Source: Rhabdothermincola salaria (GTDB lineage: Bacteria; Actinomycetota; Acidimicrobiia; Acidimicrobiales; Acidimicrobilacustridaceae). From it: a stretch of DNA of 64,000 nucleotides. Location of the stretch: the NCBI RefSeq assembly GCF_021246445.1, contig NZ_JAJQXW010000002.1, positions 682,001 through 746,000 on the forward strand. Reading direction: 5' to 3'. Shown here one piece after another: positions 20,296 through 32,984 of this stretch (its first letter is position 1; every line of letters starts with the position of its first letter). Both the position numbers and the translations under genes were made by a program. Under the pieces are notes generated by a model. It was not told where the DNA came from. It ran no database searches and saw nothing but the letters and a program-made list of their open reading frames with translations.

Positions 20296-21093
20296 GTGCT
20301 GCTCGTCGTGGATGCCGGCAACACCCAGACCGTGGTCGGTCTCTACGAGCACGACGGCGAGCCCGTCGCCGACGACCGCCAGCCCGACGACGGCCTCCTC
20401 GACCACTGGCGCATCTCCACGGCATCCACCCGCACCTCCGACGAGATGGCCGTGCTGCTCCAGGGCTTCCTCGCCCTGCGGCGGGCCTCGTTCGCCGACA
20501 TCGAGGGCATCGCCGTCTCGTCCGGCGTGCCCCGGGTCACCGCCGCCATCCGCGACCTCGCCGCCCGCCACCTCGACTTCGACCCCGTCGTCATCGAGCC
20601 GGGTGTTCGCACCGGCATCGCCATCGTCTACGAGAACCCCAAGGAGGTGGGCGCCGATCGCATCGCCAACGCGGTGGCCGCCTACGCCATGTACGGGGGC
20701 CCGACCATCGTGGCCGACTTCGGCACCGCCACCACCTGCGACGCGGTGTCGGCCAACGGCGAGTACCTCGGTGGCGCCATCGCCCCGGGCATCGAGATCT
20801 CCATGGACGCCCTCGTCGGCCGGGCGGCCGCCCTGCGGGCGGTGGAGCTCAAGGCGCCCCGCACCGTGCTCGGCAAGTCCACCGTCGAGTCCATCCAGTC
20901 GGGCGCCGTGTTCGGGTTCGCGGCCCAGGTCGACGGGCTCTGCGCCCGCATCGAGGACGAGCTCGGGCCGTGCACGGTCGTCGCCACCGGGGGCCTGGCC
21001 GAGCTCATCACCCCCCACTCCGAGCGCATCCAGCACACTGAGCCCTGGCTCACCCTGCACGGTCTGCGCCTGGTGTACGAGAAGAACCTGTAG
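20296..21093 (+). CDS. coaX: Type III pantothenate kinase
   Basis: LLVVDAGNT, YENPKEVGADR, DFGTATT, GGAIAPG, ATGG. Confidence 0.96.
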   Translation: MLLVVDAGNTQTVVGLYEHDGEPVADDRQPDDGLLDHWRISTASTRTSDEMAVLLQGFLALRRASFADIEGIAVSSGVPRVTAAIRDLAARHLDFDPVVIEPGVRTGIAIVYENPKEVGADRIANAVAAYAMYGGPTIVADFGTATTCDAVSANGEYLGGAIAPGIEISMDALVGRAAALRAVELKAPRTVLGKSTVESIQSGAVFGFAAQVDGLCARIEDELGPCTVVATGGLAELITPHSERIQHTEPWLTLHGLRLVYEKNL

Positions 21094-21101
21094 AGGTCGC
21101 C

Positions 21102-22091
21102 ATGAGGGTCGCCATCACCGGCATGGGAGGAGAGCTGGGCACCCGCGTGGCCACCCTGCTCGAGACCCACGACGAGATCACCGAGATCGTCGGGGTCGAC
21201 GTCGAGCCCCCGCGCCGCCACCTCGAGCGCAGCCACTTCCACCGGGTCGACCCGCGCAACCGGTCCCGCATGGTCGAGGTGCTGGCCGCGTTCGAACCCG
21301 AGGTCCTCCTGCACATGGGGGTCTACGAGCCCAACGCCCGCTCCAGCCCCCGTTCGGCCACGGCCCGCACCGCGGCCGGCACCGTGGCCGCGGTCGACGC
21401 CGCCCGCGAGGGCGGGTCCCTGCGCCACATCGTGATGCGCTCCGGCATCGAGGTGTACGGCCGCGGCCGCCACGCCCCCGAGCGCCCCGACGAGTCCGCC
21501 CCGCCGGCGCCCACGTCGCCGTTCGGCCAGTCGCTCCTGCACGCCGAGCGGGTCGTCGCCACCGGCGCCCTGCGGGCCGACGTCCCCGCCGCCCTGGTGC
21601 GCTTCGCGCCGGTGCTCGGACCGCACTTCCCGAGCCCGCTGGGTCGTCTCCTGCGCCTCCCGGCGGTCCCCGTCCCTGCCTTCGGTGGTGGTGCCTTCTG
21701 CGTGGTCCACCGCGAAGACGCCGCCCTGGCCCTGGTGGCGGCCGTCCTCCGCGGCGACGTCGACGGGCCCGTCAACGTGGTCGCCGCCGGGGAGGTCAGC
21801 GCCTGGGACGCCGTGCGCATGGGGGGACGCGTCCCGGTCCCCGTGTGCGGGTTGGGGTGGCAGGCGGCCAAGCTCACCACCGAGCTCTCCAGCGCCCCCC
21901 TGCCCGATCATGTCATCGAGCTCCTGGTCAAGGGGCGCCTGGCGGACGGTGGTGGGGTCGAGGGCCGCCTCGGTGTCGTGCCCGAGCACGCCACCCGCGA
22001 CGTGGTGCGCCACGTGCACGAATGGGGGGAGACGGCCTGGACCAGGTCGGGCCCCTCGACCCCTTCGAGTGGCGCGGCCCCGGCCGCCTGA
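21102..22091 (+). CDS. NAD-dependent epimerase/dehydratase family (atypical SDR)
   Basis: VAITGMGGELG Rossmann start, EVYG, RFAPVLG, DGPVNV; no clear YxxxK. Confidence 0.75.
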   Translation: MRVAITGMGGELGTRVATLLETHDEITEIVGVDVEPPRRHLERSHFHRVDPRNRSRMVEVLAAFEPEVLLHMGVYEPNARSSPRSATARTAAGTVAAVDAAREGGSLRHIVMRSGIEVYGRGRHAPERPDESAPPAPTSPFGQSLLHAERVVATGALRADVPAALVRFAPVLGPHFPSPLGRLLRLPAVPVPAFGGGAFCVVHREDAALALVAAVLRGDVDGPVNVVAAGEVSAWDAVRMGGRVPVPVCGLGWQAAKLTTELSSAPLPDHVIELLVKGRLADGGGVEGRLGVVPEHATRDVVRHVHEWGETAWTRSGPSTPSSGAAPAA

Positions 22092-22113
22092 GCCCGGTCC
22101 CTACACTCGGCTC

Positions 22114-22926
22114 GTGCCCACCGTCTCGGCCCACGACGGGACCCGCATCCACTACGACACCTTCGGTCCCGACGACGGCCCGCCGGTGCTGTTGGTGCAG
22201 GGTCTCGGGGCCGACAGCCGGGGCTGGATGCGGCAGCGCCGCATGCTCTCGGACCGGTACCGCGGCATCGTCTTCGACAACCGGGGGGTGGGCCGCAGCG
22301 ACGTCCCCCCCGGGCCCTACGACCTCGAGGTCATGGCCGACGACGCGGTGGCCGTGCTCGACGACCTGGGCATCGAGTCGGCCCACGTCATGGGGGCCTC
22401 GATGGGCGGGGTCATCGCCCAGATCCTGGGGGTGCGCCACCGACGACGGGTGCGCTCGCTGGTCCTGGCCTGCACCGGGTGCCAGCACCTGCCGTGGCGT
22501 CGCGAGCTGCTGGCCGAGTGGGGCGAGGTGGCCCGCACCAAGGGCATGCGGGCGCTGGTGGACACCGCGGCGCGTTGGCTGATGGGCCCGCGGTCCCGCT
22601 TCCGCCTGTGGCCCGTGGTCGGGGTGCTCGGACCGTTGGCCCTGCAGGTGTCGCCCGAGGCCTTCACCGCCCAGATCGACGCCATCTTGGCCCTCGACGA
22701 CAAGCTCCGCTTCGAGCTCACCTCGATCGAGGCCCCCACCCTGGTGCTGGTGGGCAGCCAGGACATCTTGACCCCCATCGGCGACTCCGAGCTGCTCGAC
22801 GACCTGATCCCCGATTCGGAGCTGGTGATCATCACCGGGGCCGCCCACGGGTTCATGTTCGAGACCGCCGGGCGGTTCAACGAGAGCGTGCGCACCTTCC
22901 TCGACCGGGTCTCCGCCGACGACTGA
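22114..22926 (+). CDS. Alpha/beta fold hydrolase
   Basis: FDNRGVGRS, GASMGG nucleophile elbow, GSQD, GAAHG; TACACT 6 nt upstream of GTG. Confidence 0.9.
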   Translation: MPTVSAHDGTRIHYDTFGPDDGPPVLLVQGLGADSRGWMRQRRMLSDRYRGIVFDNRGVGRSDVPPGPYDLEVMADDAVAVLDDLGIESAHVMGASMGGVIAQILGVRHRRRVRSLVLACTGCQHLPWRRELLAEWGEVARTKGMRALVDTAARWLMGPRSRFRLWPVVGVLGPLALQVSPEAFTAQIDAILALDDKLRFELTSIEAPTLVLVGSQDILTPIGDSELLDDLIPDSELVIITGAAHGFMFETAGRFNESVRTFLDRVSADD

Positions 22927-22991
22927 GGTCCATCCCGAGCGTGGGCCACGGCGCCCCGATGGTCGTCGGGGGCGGTCGACGACGGGGAGGC

Positions 22992-24017
22992 TCAGGCGGC
23001 GGCGCGGACGCTGGCGAGGAGGTGGTCGGCCGCGGCCTGCAACGCACCCGCCGCCTCGGTGCCGGCGTAGGGGGCCAGGGCCACCTGGCCGTCCTCGACG
23101 TAGCGCCGGGCGGTGTCGAGCGACGCCTGCACCGCCGGCCCGCCGCGCAACAGCTCGCGGGCCTCGGCCAGGGTGGCGGGATCGTCGACCGGTTCGAACG
23201 AGCCGTCGATGGGACGGAGCCGGCCCAGCAGTGCCTCGAGGTGCTGGGCGGCGTCGCCGCCCGCCTCCAGCGTGCGGATGACCGGCAGCGTGTAGGTGCC
23301 CTCCACGAGGTCGTGGCCGGCGGGCTTGCCCAGCTCCTCATCGGTGGCGGTGACGTCGAGGAGGTCGTCCACGATCTGGAAGGCCATGCCGAAGCTGCGG
23401 CCGAAGGTCGTGAGGGCTTCGATCTGGTCGCGGGGGAGGCCGGCGACGATGCCGCCGACACGACACGACGTGGCCAGCAGCGAGGCGGTCTTGCCGTCGA
23501 TGGAGGAGAGGTAGGCCTCCTCGGTGCGACCCAGGTCGAAGGCGTGCTGCAGCTCGAGCACCTGGCCCTCGCAGAGCCGGGCGATGGTGGCGGCCAGCAG
23601 ACCGGCCACCTCGGTGCCGAGCGAGGCGCCGATCTCGGACGCCTTGGCCAGGAGGTAGTCGCCGGCGAGGATGGCCTTGAGGTTGCCCCAGCGAGCGTTG
23701 ACGCTCGGGACGGTGCGCCGGGTGGTGGCGTCGTCCATGACGTCGTCGTGGTAGAGCGACCCGAGGTGGACCAGCTCCACCGACACCGCGCCGAGGAGGA
23801 CCTCGTGGGAGGCGGCGACGATCTCGGGCGTGGCGGTCGCGGCCGACGTGACCGCGAAGGCGGGGCGCACCCGCTTGCCCCCGGCGAGGATCAGGTGGCT
23901 GGCGACCTCGGTGAGGAAGGGGTCGTCGGCCACCACCGAGGCGCGCAGGGCGTCCTCGACCCGGCTGAGGTCGGCCTGCAGCACCGGGAGAGCGAGGAGG
24001 GGGGAGGCGGCGGCCAC
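22992..24017 (-). CDS. Polyprenyl diphosphate synthase (HepT-like)
   Basis: GGKRVRP, LYHDDVMD..RR (FARM), GKTA, FQIVDDLLD (SARM), GKP..D; TATCGT 6 nt upstream of GTG. Confidence 0.93.
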   Translation of the reverse strand: MAAASPLLALPVLQADLSRVEDALRASVVADDPFLTEVASHLILAGGKRVRPAFAVTSAATATPEIVAASHEVLLGAVSVELVHLGSLYHDDVMDDATTRRTVPSVNARWGNLKAILAGDYLLAKASEIGASLGTEVAGLLAATIARLCEGQVLELQHAFDLGRTEEAYLSSIDGKTASLLATSCRVGGIVAGLPRDQIEALTTFGRSFGMAFQIVDDLLDVTATDEELGKPAGHDLVEGTYTLPVIRTLEAGGDAAQHLEALLGRLRPIDGSFEPVDDPATLAEARELLRGGPAVQASLDTARRYVEDGQVALAPYAGTEAAGALQAAADHLLASVRAAA

Positions 24018-24147
24018 GAGTGAACGATAGGCGGGCCGGGCCCGAACCACTGAACCCGAGAGAGGTGATGGGGAGGGTGGTGGGTAGACTCGACCCACGA
24101 TTCCCCCGTTCCGGGGGAGCCATTCCCGCCCAGGGGAGGCAGTTTCT

Positions 24148-26673
<2,526 letters not shown>

Positions 26674-26698
26674 CCCAGCGGCGGTAGCGTCCGGCGTC

Positions 26699-27502
26699 GT
26701 GTCGACGCCGGACCCTCTCGCCTCCCATCGCAGCACCCGACGACCGTCGCCGATCACCTCGGCGGCGGTCGTCGTCGTTCTCGCCCTCCTCCTGCTCGCC
26801 GGCTGCCAGCTGCAGGTGGACACCACCATCACGATCGAGGCCGACGGCTCGGGCACCGTCACCCAGGCGGTGGGGCTCGACGACGCCGCGCTCGCCCGCA
26901 TCGGCGACCTCGAGCAGCAGCTCGCCGTCGACGACCTCGTCGCTGCCGGCTGGACCGTCGACGAACCGGTGCGCGAGGGAGAGCTCACCTGGGTGCGGGC
27001 GCACCGCGAGGTCGACGACACCACCGAGTTGGCCGTCGTCGTCAGCGAGCTCAACGGACCGGACGGGCCCTTCCGCGACATCGCCACCGGGCAGTCCGAC
27101 ACCTTCCTCGACCGTACGACCGAGTTCATCGCCACCTACGACCTCACCGGGGGGCCGGGGTTGTTCGCCGACCCGGACCTGGCCGCGGTCGGGGGGAACC
27201 CGTGGGGCACCCTCCTGGCCCGGATCGAGGCGGAGGAGGGCCGCCCCGTCACCGAGATGGTCGACTTCTCGGTGACCGTCGAGCTCCCCGGTGGCTACGC
27301 CGAGACGTGGACCCCGAGCTTCGCCGACCCCGCGCCCACCGAGATCTCGGCCCGTCAGAGCGAGAGCAAGGTGGGGGAGCGCCTGGTGCAGGCCCTGGTC
27401 GTGCTGTTGGTGCTGGTGACGGCCGTGGCCCTGCGGGTGGCCTGGGTGGCCCGGCGCCGTCGGACCCGCCGGATGATGGCGGGCCGCCACTACCGCCGCT
27501 GA
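26699..27502 (+). CDS. Lipoprotein with C-terminal TM anchor (LppM/DUF3153-like)
   Basis: Lipobox LLAGC then ..ITIEADGSGTV, VTVELPG, C-terminal hydrophobic helix with Arg tail. Confidence 0.7.
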   Translation: MSTPDPLASHRSTRRPSPITSAAVVVVLALLLLAGCQLQVDTTITIEADGSGTVTQAVGLDDAALARIGDLEQQLAVDDLVAAGWTVDEPVREGELTWVRAHREVDDTTELAVVVSELNGPDGPFRDIATGQSDTFLDRTTEFIATYDLTGGPGLFADPDLAAVGGNPWGTLLARIEAEEGRPVTEMVDFSVTVELPGGYAETWTPSFADPAPTEISARQSESKVGERLVQALVVLLVLVTAVALRVAWVARRRRTRRMMAGRHYRR

Positions 27503-27586
27503 GCACGTCGCTCCGGGTGCCCGGATGATCGGGGGTGGGCCACGGCCGGCACCGGTGCTGTCGCACGCGGTGCGTAGGGTCGGTGC

Positions 27587-29017
27587 ATGGCCAAGGCTCG
27601 ATCGGTGTTCCGCTGTCAGGACTGCGGAGGCACCGCGCCCAAGTGGGTGGGCCGCTGCCCCACGTGCGAGGCGTGGAACACCCTCGTCGAGGAGCGCGTC
27701 GTGCCCGCCGCCGGCGGCGCCGACGCGGGCACCCTGTCCCCGCCGGCGGTGCCCCTGCCCATCTCCGAGGTCGACGTCGACCAGTGGGTGGTGCGCCCCA
27801 CCGGGGTGGGCGAGCTCGACCGGGTGCTCGGCGGTGGGCTGGTACCGGGGTCGGTCACCCTCCTCGGCGGCGAGCCCGGCATCGGCAAGTCCACCCTGCT
27901 GTTGCAGGCCATGGCGGCGGTGGCCGCCGGCGGCACCACCGTCTTGTACGTCTCGGCCGAGGAGTCCACCCAGCAGGTCCGCATGCGGGCCGAGCGGCTG
28001 GGCACCCTCACGCCGTCGTTGTACCTGGCCTCGGAGACGGCCCTGCCCCACATCATCGGCTTCCTCGACGAGCTGTCGCCGGAGCTGCTCGTCGTCGACT
28101 CCATCCAGACCGTCTTCGACCCGGAGCTCGGTTCGGCCCCCGGCTCGGTGGGCCAGGTCCGCGAGTGCGCCGCCCGGTTGGTCGGCGAGGCCAAGCGGCG
28201 GGGGCTGGCCACCGTGCTCGTCGGCCACGTCACCAAGGAGGGCGGGTTGGCCGGGCCCCGGGTGCTCGAGCACGTGGTCGACACCGTCCTGGCCTTCGAG
28301 GGCGAGCGCCACCACGCCCTGCGCCTGCTGCGGGCGGTCAAGCACCGCTTCGGGCCCACCGACCAGTTGGGCCTGTTCGAGATGACCGGCGACGGCATGG
28401 TCGGCGTGCCCGATCCCAGCCGGCTCTTCCTGGCCGACCGGCGCCAGGGCGTCTCGGGGTCGGTGGTCGTGCCCACCATCGAAGGGCACCGGCCATTGCT
28501 GGTCGAGCTGCAGGCCCTCGTCACGCCGTCGTCGCTGCCCAGCCCGCGTCGCTCCGCCCAGGGCGTCGACAACGGTCGCCTCTCGCTGCTGATCGCCGTG
28601 CTGGCCGAGCGCAGCGGGCTGCGCCTGGCCGAGTTCGACGTCTACGCCCTCGCCGTCGGGGGCGTGAAGGTCGTCGAGCCCGGAGCCGATCTCGGCCTGG
28701 CCCTGGCGTTGGCCTCGGCTCTCACCGGCGAAGCCGTCCCGGCCGGGCTGGTGGTGTGCGGCGAGGTCGGTCTCGGTGGCGAGCTGCGCCAGGTCTCCCA
28801 GAGCGACCGGCGACTGGCCGAGGCCGCCCGTCTCGGCTTCCACCGGGCGATCGTGCCCCGGTTGGCCCCCGACGGCGATGGGTCCATCGAGCTCGTGCGC
28901 GTCGAGACCCTCGCCGAGGCGGTGGCCGCGGCCGGGCTCCTGCCCGCCGGCGGGTCCTCTCCGTCCCCGTCGGTCCCCGCCGGGAGGTCCGTGCCCTCAC
29001 CGGACGAGCCGTTCTGA
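27587..29017 (+). CDS. radA: DNA repair protein RadA/Sms
   Basis: C4 zinc finger, GGEPGIGKSTL, VDSIQT, KHRFG (KNRFG variant), Lon-like C-terminus GEVGLGGE. Confidence 0.97.
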   Translation: MAKARSVFRCQDCGGTAPKWVGRCPTCEAWNTLVEERVVPAAGGADAGTLSPPAVPLPISEVDVDQWVVRPTGVGELDRVLGGGLVPGSVTLLGGEPGIGKSTLLLQAMAAVAAGGTTVLYVSAEESTQQVRMRAERLGTLTPSLYLASETALPHIIGFLDELSPELLVVDSIQTVFDPELGSAPGSVGQVRECAARLVGEAKRRGLATVLVGHVTKEGGLAGPRVLEHVVDTVLAFEGERHHALRLLRAVKHRFGPTDQLGLFEMTGDGMVGVPDPSRLFLADRRQGVSGSVVVPTIEGHRPLLVELQALVTPSSLPSPRRSAQGVDNGRLSLLIAVLAERSGLRLAEFDVYALAVGGVKVVEPGADLGLALALASALTGEAVPAGLVVCGEVGLGGELRQVSQSDRRLAEAARLGFHRAIVPRLAPDGDGSIELVRVETLAEAVAAAGLLPAGGSSPSPSVPAGRSVPSPDEPF

Positions 29018-29037
29018 ACGGGAACTAGACTCCGCGG

Positions 29038-30114
29038 ATGCCCCGGCGACGCAGTGAGGCGATGCTCGACGCCCTCGGTGCCGTCGCGCCGGGGAAGCCG
29101 CTGCGTGAGGGCCTCGACCGCATCCTGCAGTCGGGCATGGGTGCTCTGATCGTCGTGGCCGACGGTCCCGAGGTGCTCAACATCTGCTCGGGCGGGTTCC
29201 TGCTCGACGCCGCGTTCAGCCCGCAGCGCCTCTCGGAGCTGGCCAAGATGGACGGCGCCATCGTGTTGGCCCCCGATGCCAGCCGGATCGCCCGGGCCAA
29301 CGTCCACCTGGTCCCGAACCCCAACGTGCCCACGTCCGAGACCGGCACCCGTCACCGCACCGCCGAGCGGGTGGCGCGGTCCATCAACGTGCCGGTGATC
29401 TCGGTGTCCGAGGACATGTCGATCATCGCCGTGTACGTGGCCGACACCAAGCAGCAGCTGGTGCCCATCCCCCGGCTGCTCGACCGGGCCAACCAGGCCC
29501 TGCGCACCCTCGAGCGCTACAAGGACCGTCTGGTCGAGGTGTCGGCCAACCTGTCGGCGCTCGAGGTCGAGGACCTCGTCACCCTGCGCGACGTGGTCAT
29601 GTTGTTGCAGCGCACCGAGATGGTGCTGCGCATCGCCGAGGAGATCGAAGGCGACATCGTCGAGCTCGGGGCCGACGGTCGCCTGGTGCGCCTCCAGCTC
29701 GAGGAGGTCCTCGCCGGCGTCGACGACGAGCGCCGCCTGGTGGTGCTCGACTACCTCCACGAGGAGAACGACTGGCACCTCGAACAGGCCATGGAGGGGC
29801 TGGCCCGTCTCGACACCGAGATGCTGCTCGACATGAAGGCCGTGGCCGAGGTCCTGCACCTGCCCGACGGCGCCGCGGTCGACCTCGACGATCCGGTGCA
29901 GCCCAAGGGGCACCGCATGCTGGCCCGCATCCCCCGCCTGCCCGACTCGGTCATCGAGGCCATCGTCGATCGCTTCGGCACCCTGGCCACCATCATGCGG
30001 GCCACCATCGCCGACCTCGAAGGGGTCGACGGCGTCGGCGACCACCGGGCCAAGGCCATCAAGGACGGATTGTCCCGCCTGGCCGAGGCCAGCATCCTCG
30101 ATCACTACAGCTGA
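29038..30114 (+). CDS. disA: DNA integrity scanning diadenylate cyclase
   Basis: APGKPLREGL, ELAKMDGA, ETGTRHRTAERV, C-terminal HhH VDGVG; radA-disA order. Confidence 0.97.
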   Translation: MPRRRSEAMLDALGAVAPGKPLREGLDRILQSGMGALIVVADGPEVLNICSGGFLLDAAFSPQRLSELAKMDGAIVLAPDASRIARANVHLVPNPNVPTSETGTRHRTAERVARSINVPVISVSEDMSIIAVYVADTKQQLVPIPRLLDRANQALRTLERYKDRLVEVSANLSALEVEDLVTLRDVVMLLQRTEMVLRIAEEIEGDIVELGADGRLVRLQLEEVLAGVDDERRLVVLDYLHEENDWHLEQAMEGLARLDTEMLLDMKAVAEVLHLPDGAAVDLDDPVQPKGHRMLARIPRLPDSVIEAIVDRFGTLATIMRATIADLEGVDGVGDHRAKAIKDGLSRLAEASILDHYS

Positions 30115-30169
30115 GGCCTCGGGGTCGCGCACTGCGCCCCGAGCGGCGCGTCGGTGCCAGGATCGGGGG

Positions 30170-30823
30170 ATGCGCATCACACTGCCCTCCGGCACCGCGG
30201 CCGCCCTCGCCCGCCCCGACGGGGCCGAGCGAGGCCTCGTGGTCATCCCCGACATCATGGGCCTGCGCCCGCTCTTCGACGACATGGTCGATCGCCTGGC
30301 CGCCGACACCGGCTGGGCGGTGTGCGCCGCGGAACCCTTCGCCGGCCACGAGGACTGGACCATCGAGCAGCGCATGGGCGGCGGGGTGGCCGACGTGGGC
30401 GACGAACGGGTGCTCGGCGACGTGGTCGCCGCCGCCGAGGCCACCGGCTGCGACACGGTCGGGGTCATCGGCTTCTGCATGGGCGGCATGTTCACCTTCA
30501 AGGCCGCGGCCACGGGTCGGTTCCACCGCGCCGTCGGCTTCTACGGGATGATCCGCCTGCCCGAGCCGTGGCGAGGGCCGTCGCTGGCCGAGCCGCTCGA
30601 CGCCCTGGCCTCTCCCGAGCGCTGCCCGACCATGGCCGTCATCGGCACGGTCGATCCGTACACCCCGCCACAGGACGTGGCCGACGCCGAGGCCCTCGGC
30701 GTGCACGTGGTGCGCTACGAAGGCGCCGACCACGGGTTCGTGCACGACCCCAGCCGACCGGCGCACCGGGCCGACGACGCGGCCGACGCCTGGCAGCGCA
30801 CCCTGGAGTTCCTGGGCACCTGA
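30170..30823 (+). CDS. Dienelactone hydrolase family protein
   Basis: PDIMGLR, GFCMGG, FYG, YEGADHGF..AADAW. Confidence 0.9.
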   Translation: MRITLPSGTAAALARPDGAERGLVVIPDIMGLRPLFDDMVDRLAADTGWAVCAAEPFAGHEDWTIEQRMGGGVADVGDERVLGDVVAAAEATGCDTVGVIGFCMGGMFTFKAAATGRFHRAVGFYGMIRLPEPWRGPSLAEPLDALASPERCPTMAVIGTVDPYTPPQDVADAEALGVHVVRYEGADHGFVHDPSRPAHRADDAADAWQRTLEFLGT

Positions 30824-30866
30824 CCCGGTCCCATCCGACCCGCCCCCGTCGTAGGGGTGGGCCTGG

Positions 30867-31802
30867 TCAGGGTTGGAGGACGACCTTGATGGCGCCGGCG
30901 GCCCGATCGGCCGCGGTGCGGAAGGCCTCGGCGGCCTCGTCGAGCCCGAAGCGATGGGTGATGACGGTGTCGGCGATCTCGGGGTCGCGGGCGAGGAGCT
31001 CGGCCGCCTCGTCCACCTCGCGTCGGCCGTGGTGGTCGCCGTAGGCCATGGCCCCCACCCACGACAGCTCCTTGACCAGCGTGACGGCGCCGGGCGCGGG
31101 TAGCAGCCCGTGGTACACGCCGAGCAGCACGATGCGGGCTCCCGGTGTGGCCAGCTCTGCGCCGCGGGCCAGGCCGGACTCGCTGCCGGCGGCGTCGATC
31201 ACGATGTCGTACGACCCCGAGGGGGAGCCCGCTCCGAGGCGCTCGCCCGCGTGGCGCTGGTGGGGATGGCGGGACTCGAGGTCGACCTCGGCGCCCAGGT
31301 GGCGCAGGGCGGCGACGGCCAGCAGCCCGATCGATCCACCGCCCACGACGACCACCCGCTGACCGGGCTGCGTCTCGGCGCGCACGGCCCCGTGCCACGC
31401 CACGGCCGTGGGCTCGACGAGGCAGGCATCGGACACGTCGAGTCCTGGGGGCAACGGGACCAAGGCGGAGCGGCGGACGCGGGCCTGGTCGGCCAGGCCG
31501 CCGTCGACGAAGATCCCGAGGTTGGCGTGGTCGCCCACGCAGCGCTGGCGATGGCCCGCCGCACACTGCCCGCAGCTCCCGCAGGGCATCAGGGGTTCGA
31601 CGGCGTGGGGCACGCCGTCGACGAGGCCGGCGAACTCGTGGCCCAGGGTGAAGCCTCCGAAGCCGAGGGTGACGAAGCCGAGGTCGGTGCCGCAGATGCT
31701 CGACGTCGCGACGTCGACGACGACGTGGTCGTCGTCGGGGCCGTCGGGTGCGGGCACGTCGACGACGCGGGCCTGGTTGTCCTCGATGCGAACGGCGCGC
31801 AC
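30867..31802 (-). CDS. Zinc-binding alcohol dehydrogenase (MDR)
   Basis: ICGTD, GHEFAG, CGSCGQC..C structural Zn site, VEP, GGGSIG. Confidence 0.9.
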   Translation of the reverse strand: MRAVRIEDNQARVVDVPAPDGPDDDHVVVDVATSSICGTDLGFVTLGFGGFTLGHEFAGLVDGVPHAVEPLMPCGSCGQCAAGHRQRCVGDHANLGIFVDGGLADQARVRRSALVPLPPGLDVSDACLVEPTAVAWHGAVRAETQPGQRVVVVGGGSIGLLAVAALRHLGAEVDLESRHPHQRHAGERLGAGSPSGSYDIVIDAAGSESGLARGAELATPGARIVLLGVYHGLLPAPGAVTLVKELSWVGAMAYGDHHGRREVDEAAELLARDPEIADTVITHRFGLDEAAEAFRTAADRAAGAIKVVLQP

Positions 31803-31826
31803 GGCGATCTCTCCTCGGTGGGGTTG

Positions 31827-32885
31827 CTACCGGTTGGCGTGGACGAGGGTGACCCGGACCGCGTCGCGATCGGGGTCGCGGCGCTCGAGCAGGGCGATGG
31901 CCTCGGGGATCTCGTCGAGGCCGACGGTGACGCCGGCCATGGTCTCGGCGTGGGCCGTTCCGTCGCGCAGCATCTCGACGGCGGTGGCCATGGACGCCGG
32001 CGTGAAGCCCGAGCCGCCGAACAGCGTGAGGCTCTTGGTGACGATGTGGTCGGTGACCAGGTCCGGGACCGGTCGGAAGTGCTTGAGGCCGGCCAGCAGG
32101 ATCCGTCCGCCGTAGCGGACCAGCTCGACCGCCTGGGGAACGGTGGCGGTGGCGGTGGTCACGTCGAACACCACGTCGGCGCCCCAGCCCTTCGTGAGGT
32201 CCCTCACCGCCTGGCCGACGTCGTCGCGGTCGACCATCAAGGTGGCGGTGGCGCCCATGGCCTCGGCCGCCCGCAGGCGCAGACCGTCCGACGAGGTGCC
32301 GGTGACGACCACCCGGTCGGCCCCCGCGGCCAGCGCGGCGGCCACCACGGCGAGGCCCTGGTGGCCCGGCCCCTGCACGACCACGGTCTCGCCCGGGTGC
32401 ACGCCGACCCGCTCCACCCAGTTCACCGCGTTGGCCAGGGGCTCGAAGACGGTGAGGGCGGCGGCCGGCCCGTCGGACGGCAGCCGATGCAGGCGGGTGC
32501 CGGCGAAGAGCTGCATGTACTCGCCGTAGCCGCCCCACAGCCCGGGCTCGCCGGCGCCGGTCATGTCGCTGTAGCCGTAGACCCGCAGGGGACCACCCGG
32601 GAGGATCTCGTCGACCCCGACCCGGTCGCCGACGGCCACGCCGAGGTCGGCGTCGGGGGCCAGCTCCACGACTCGGCCGACGGTCTCGTGCCCTGGCACC
32701 ACCGGGAAGGCGCTGGCCCCGGGGACCAGCTCGACGCCGTGGAACTGGGCGGCGTCGCTGCCGCACAGCCCCACCGCCTCGACCGCCAGCACCGCCCCGC
32801 CGGGCGGGGGTCCGGGCACGGCGAACTCCCGGATCTCGACGGTGCCGTCACCCGGGAACACCGCTGCTCGACAGGTCTGCGTCAT
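31827..32885 (-). CDS. Zinc-binding dehydrogenase (MDR, no structural Zn cysteines)
   Basis: LCGSD, PGHETVG, GGYGEY, FEP, GPGHQG; GAGGGGG RBS. Confidence 0.88.
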   Translation of the reverse strand: MTQTCRAAVFPGDGTVEIREFAVPGPPPGGAVLAVEAVGLCGSDAAQFHGVELVPGASAFPVVPGHETVGRVVELAPDADLGVAVGDRVGVDEILPGGPLRVYGYSDMTGAGEPGLWGGYGEYMQLFAGTRLHRLPSDGPAAALTVFEPLANAVNWVERVGVHPGETVVVQGPGHQGLAVVAAALAAGADRVVVTGTSSDGLRLRAAEAMGATATLMVDRDDVGQAVRDLTKGWGADVVFDVTTATATVPQAVELVRYGGRILLAGLKHFRPVPDLVTDHIVTKSLTLFGGSGFTPASMATAVEMLRDGTAHAETMAGVTVGLDEIPEAIALLERRDPDRDAVRVTLVHANR

Positions 32886-32943
32886 GGATCCCCCTCGGAG
32901 AGGCCGCCCCGGCGTTCGCCGGTCGGGCGAGCTCGGCCGACCG

Positions 32944-32983
32944 AGTCGAACGGTATCAGGGCAGGGACTGGTACCGTTCGGCT
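32944..32983. promoter_or_regulatory. Inverted repeat carrying divergent TACCGT -10 boxes; probable TetR operator
   Basis: AGTCGAACGGTATCAG-N8-CTGGTACCGTTCGGCT between the divergent dehydrogenase and tetR genes. Confidence 0.6.
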
Positions 32984-32984
32984 G

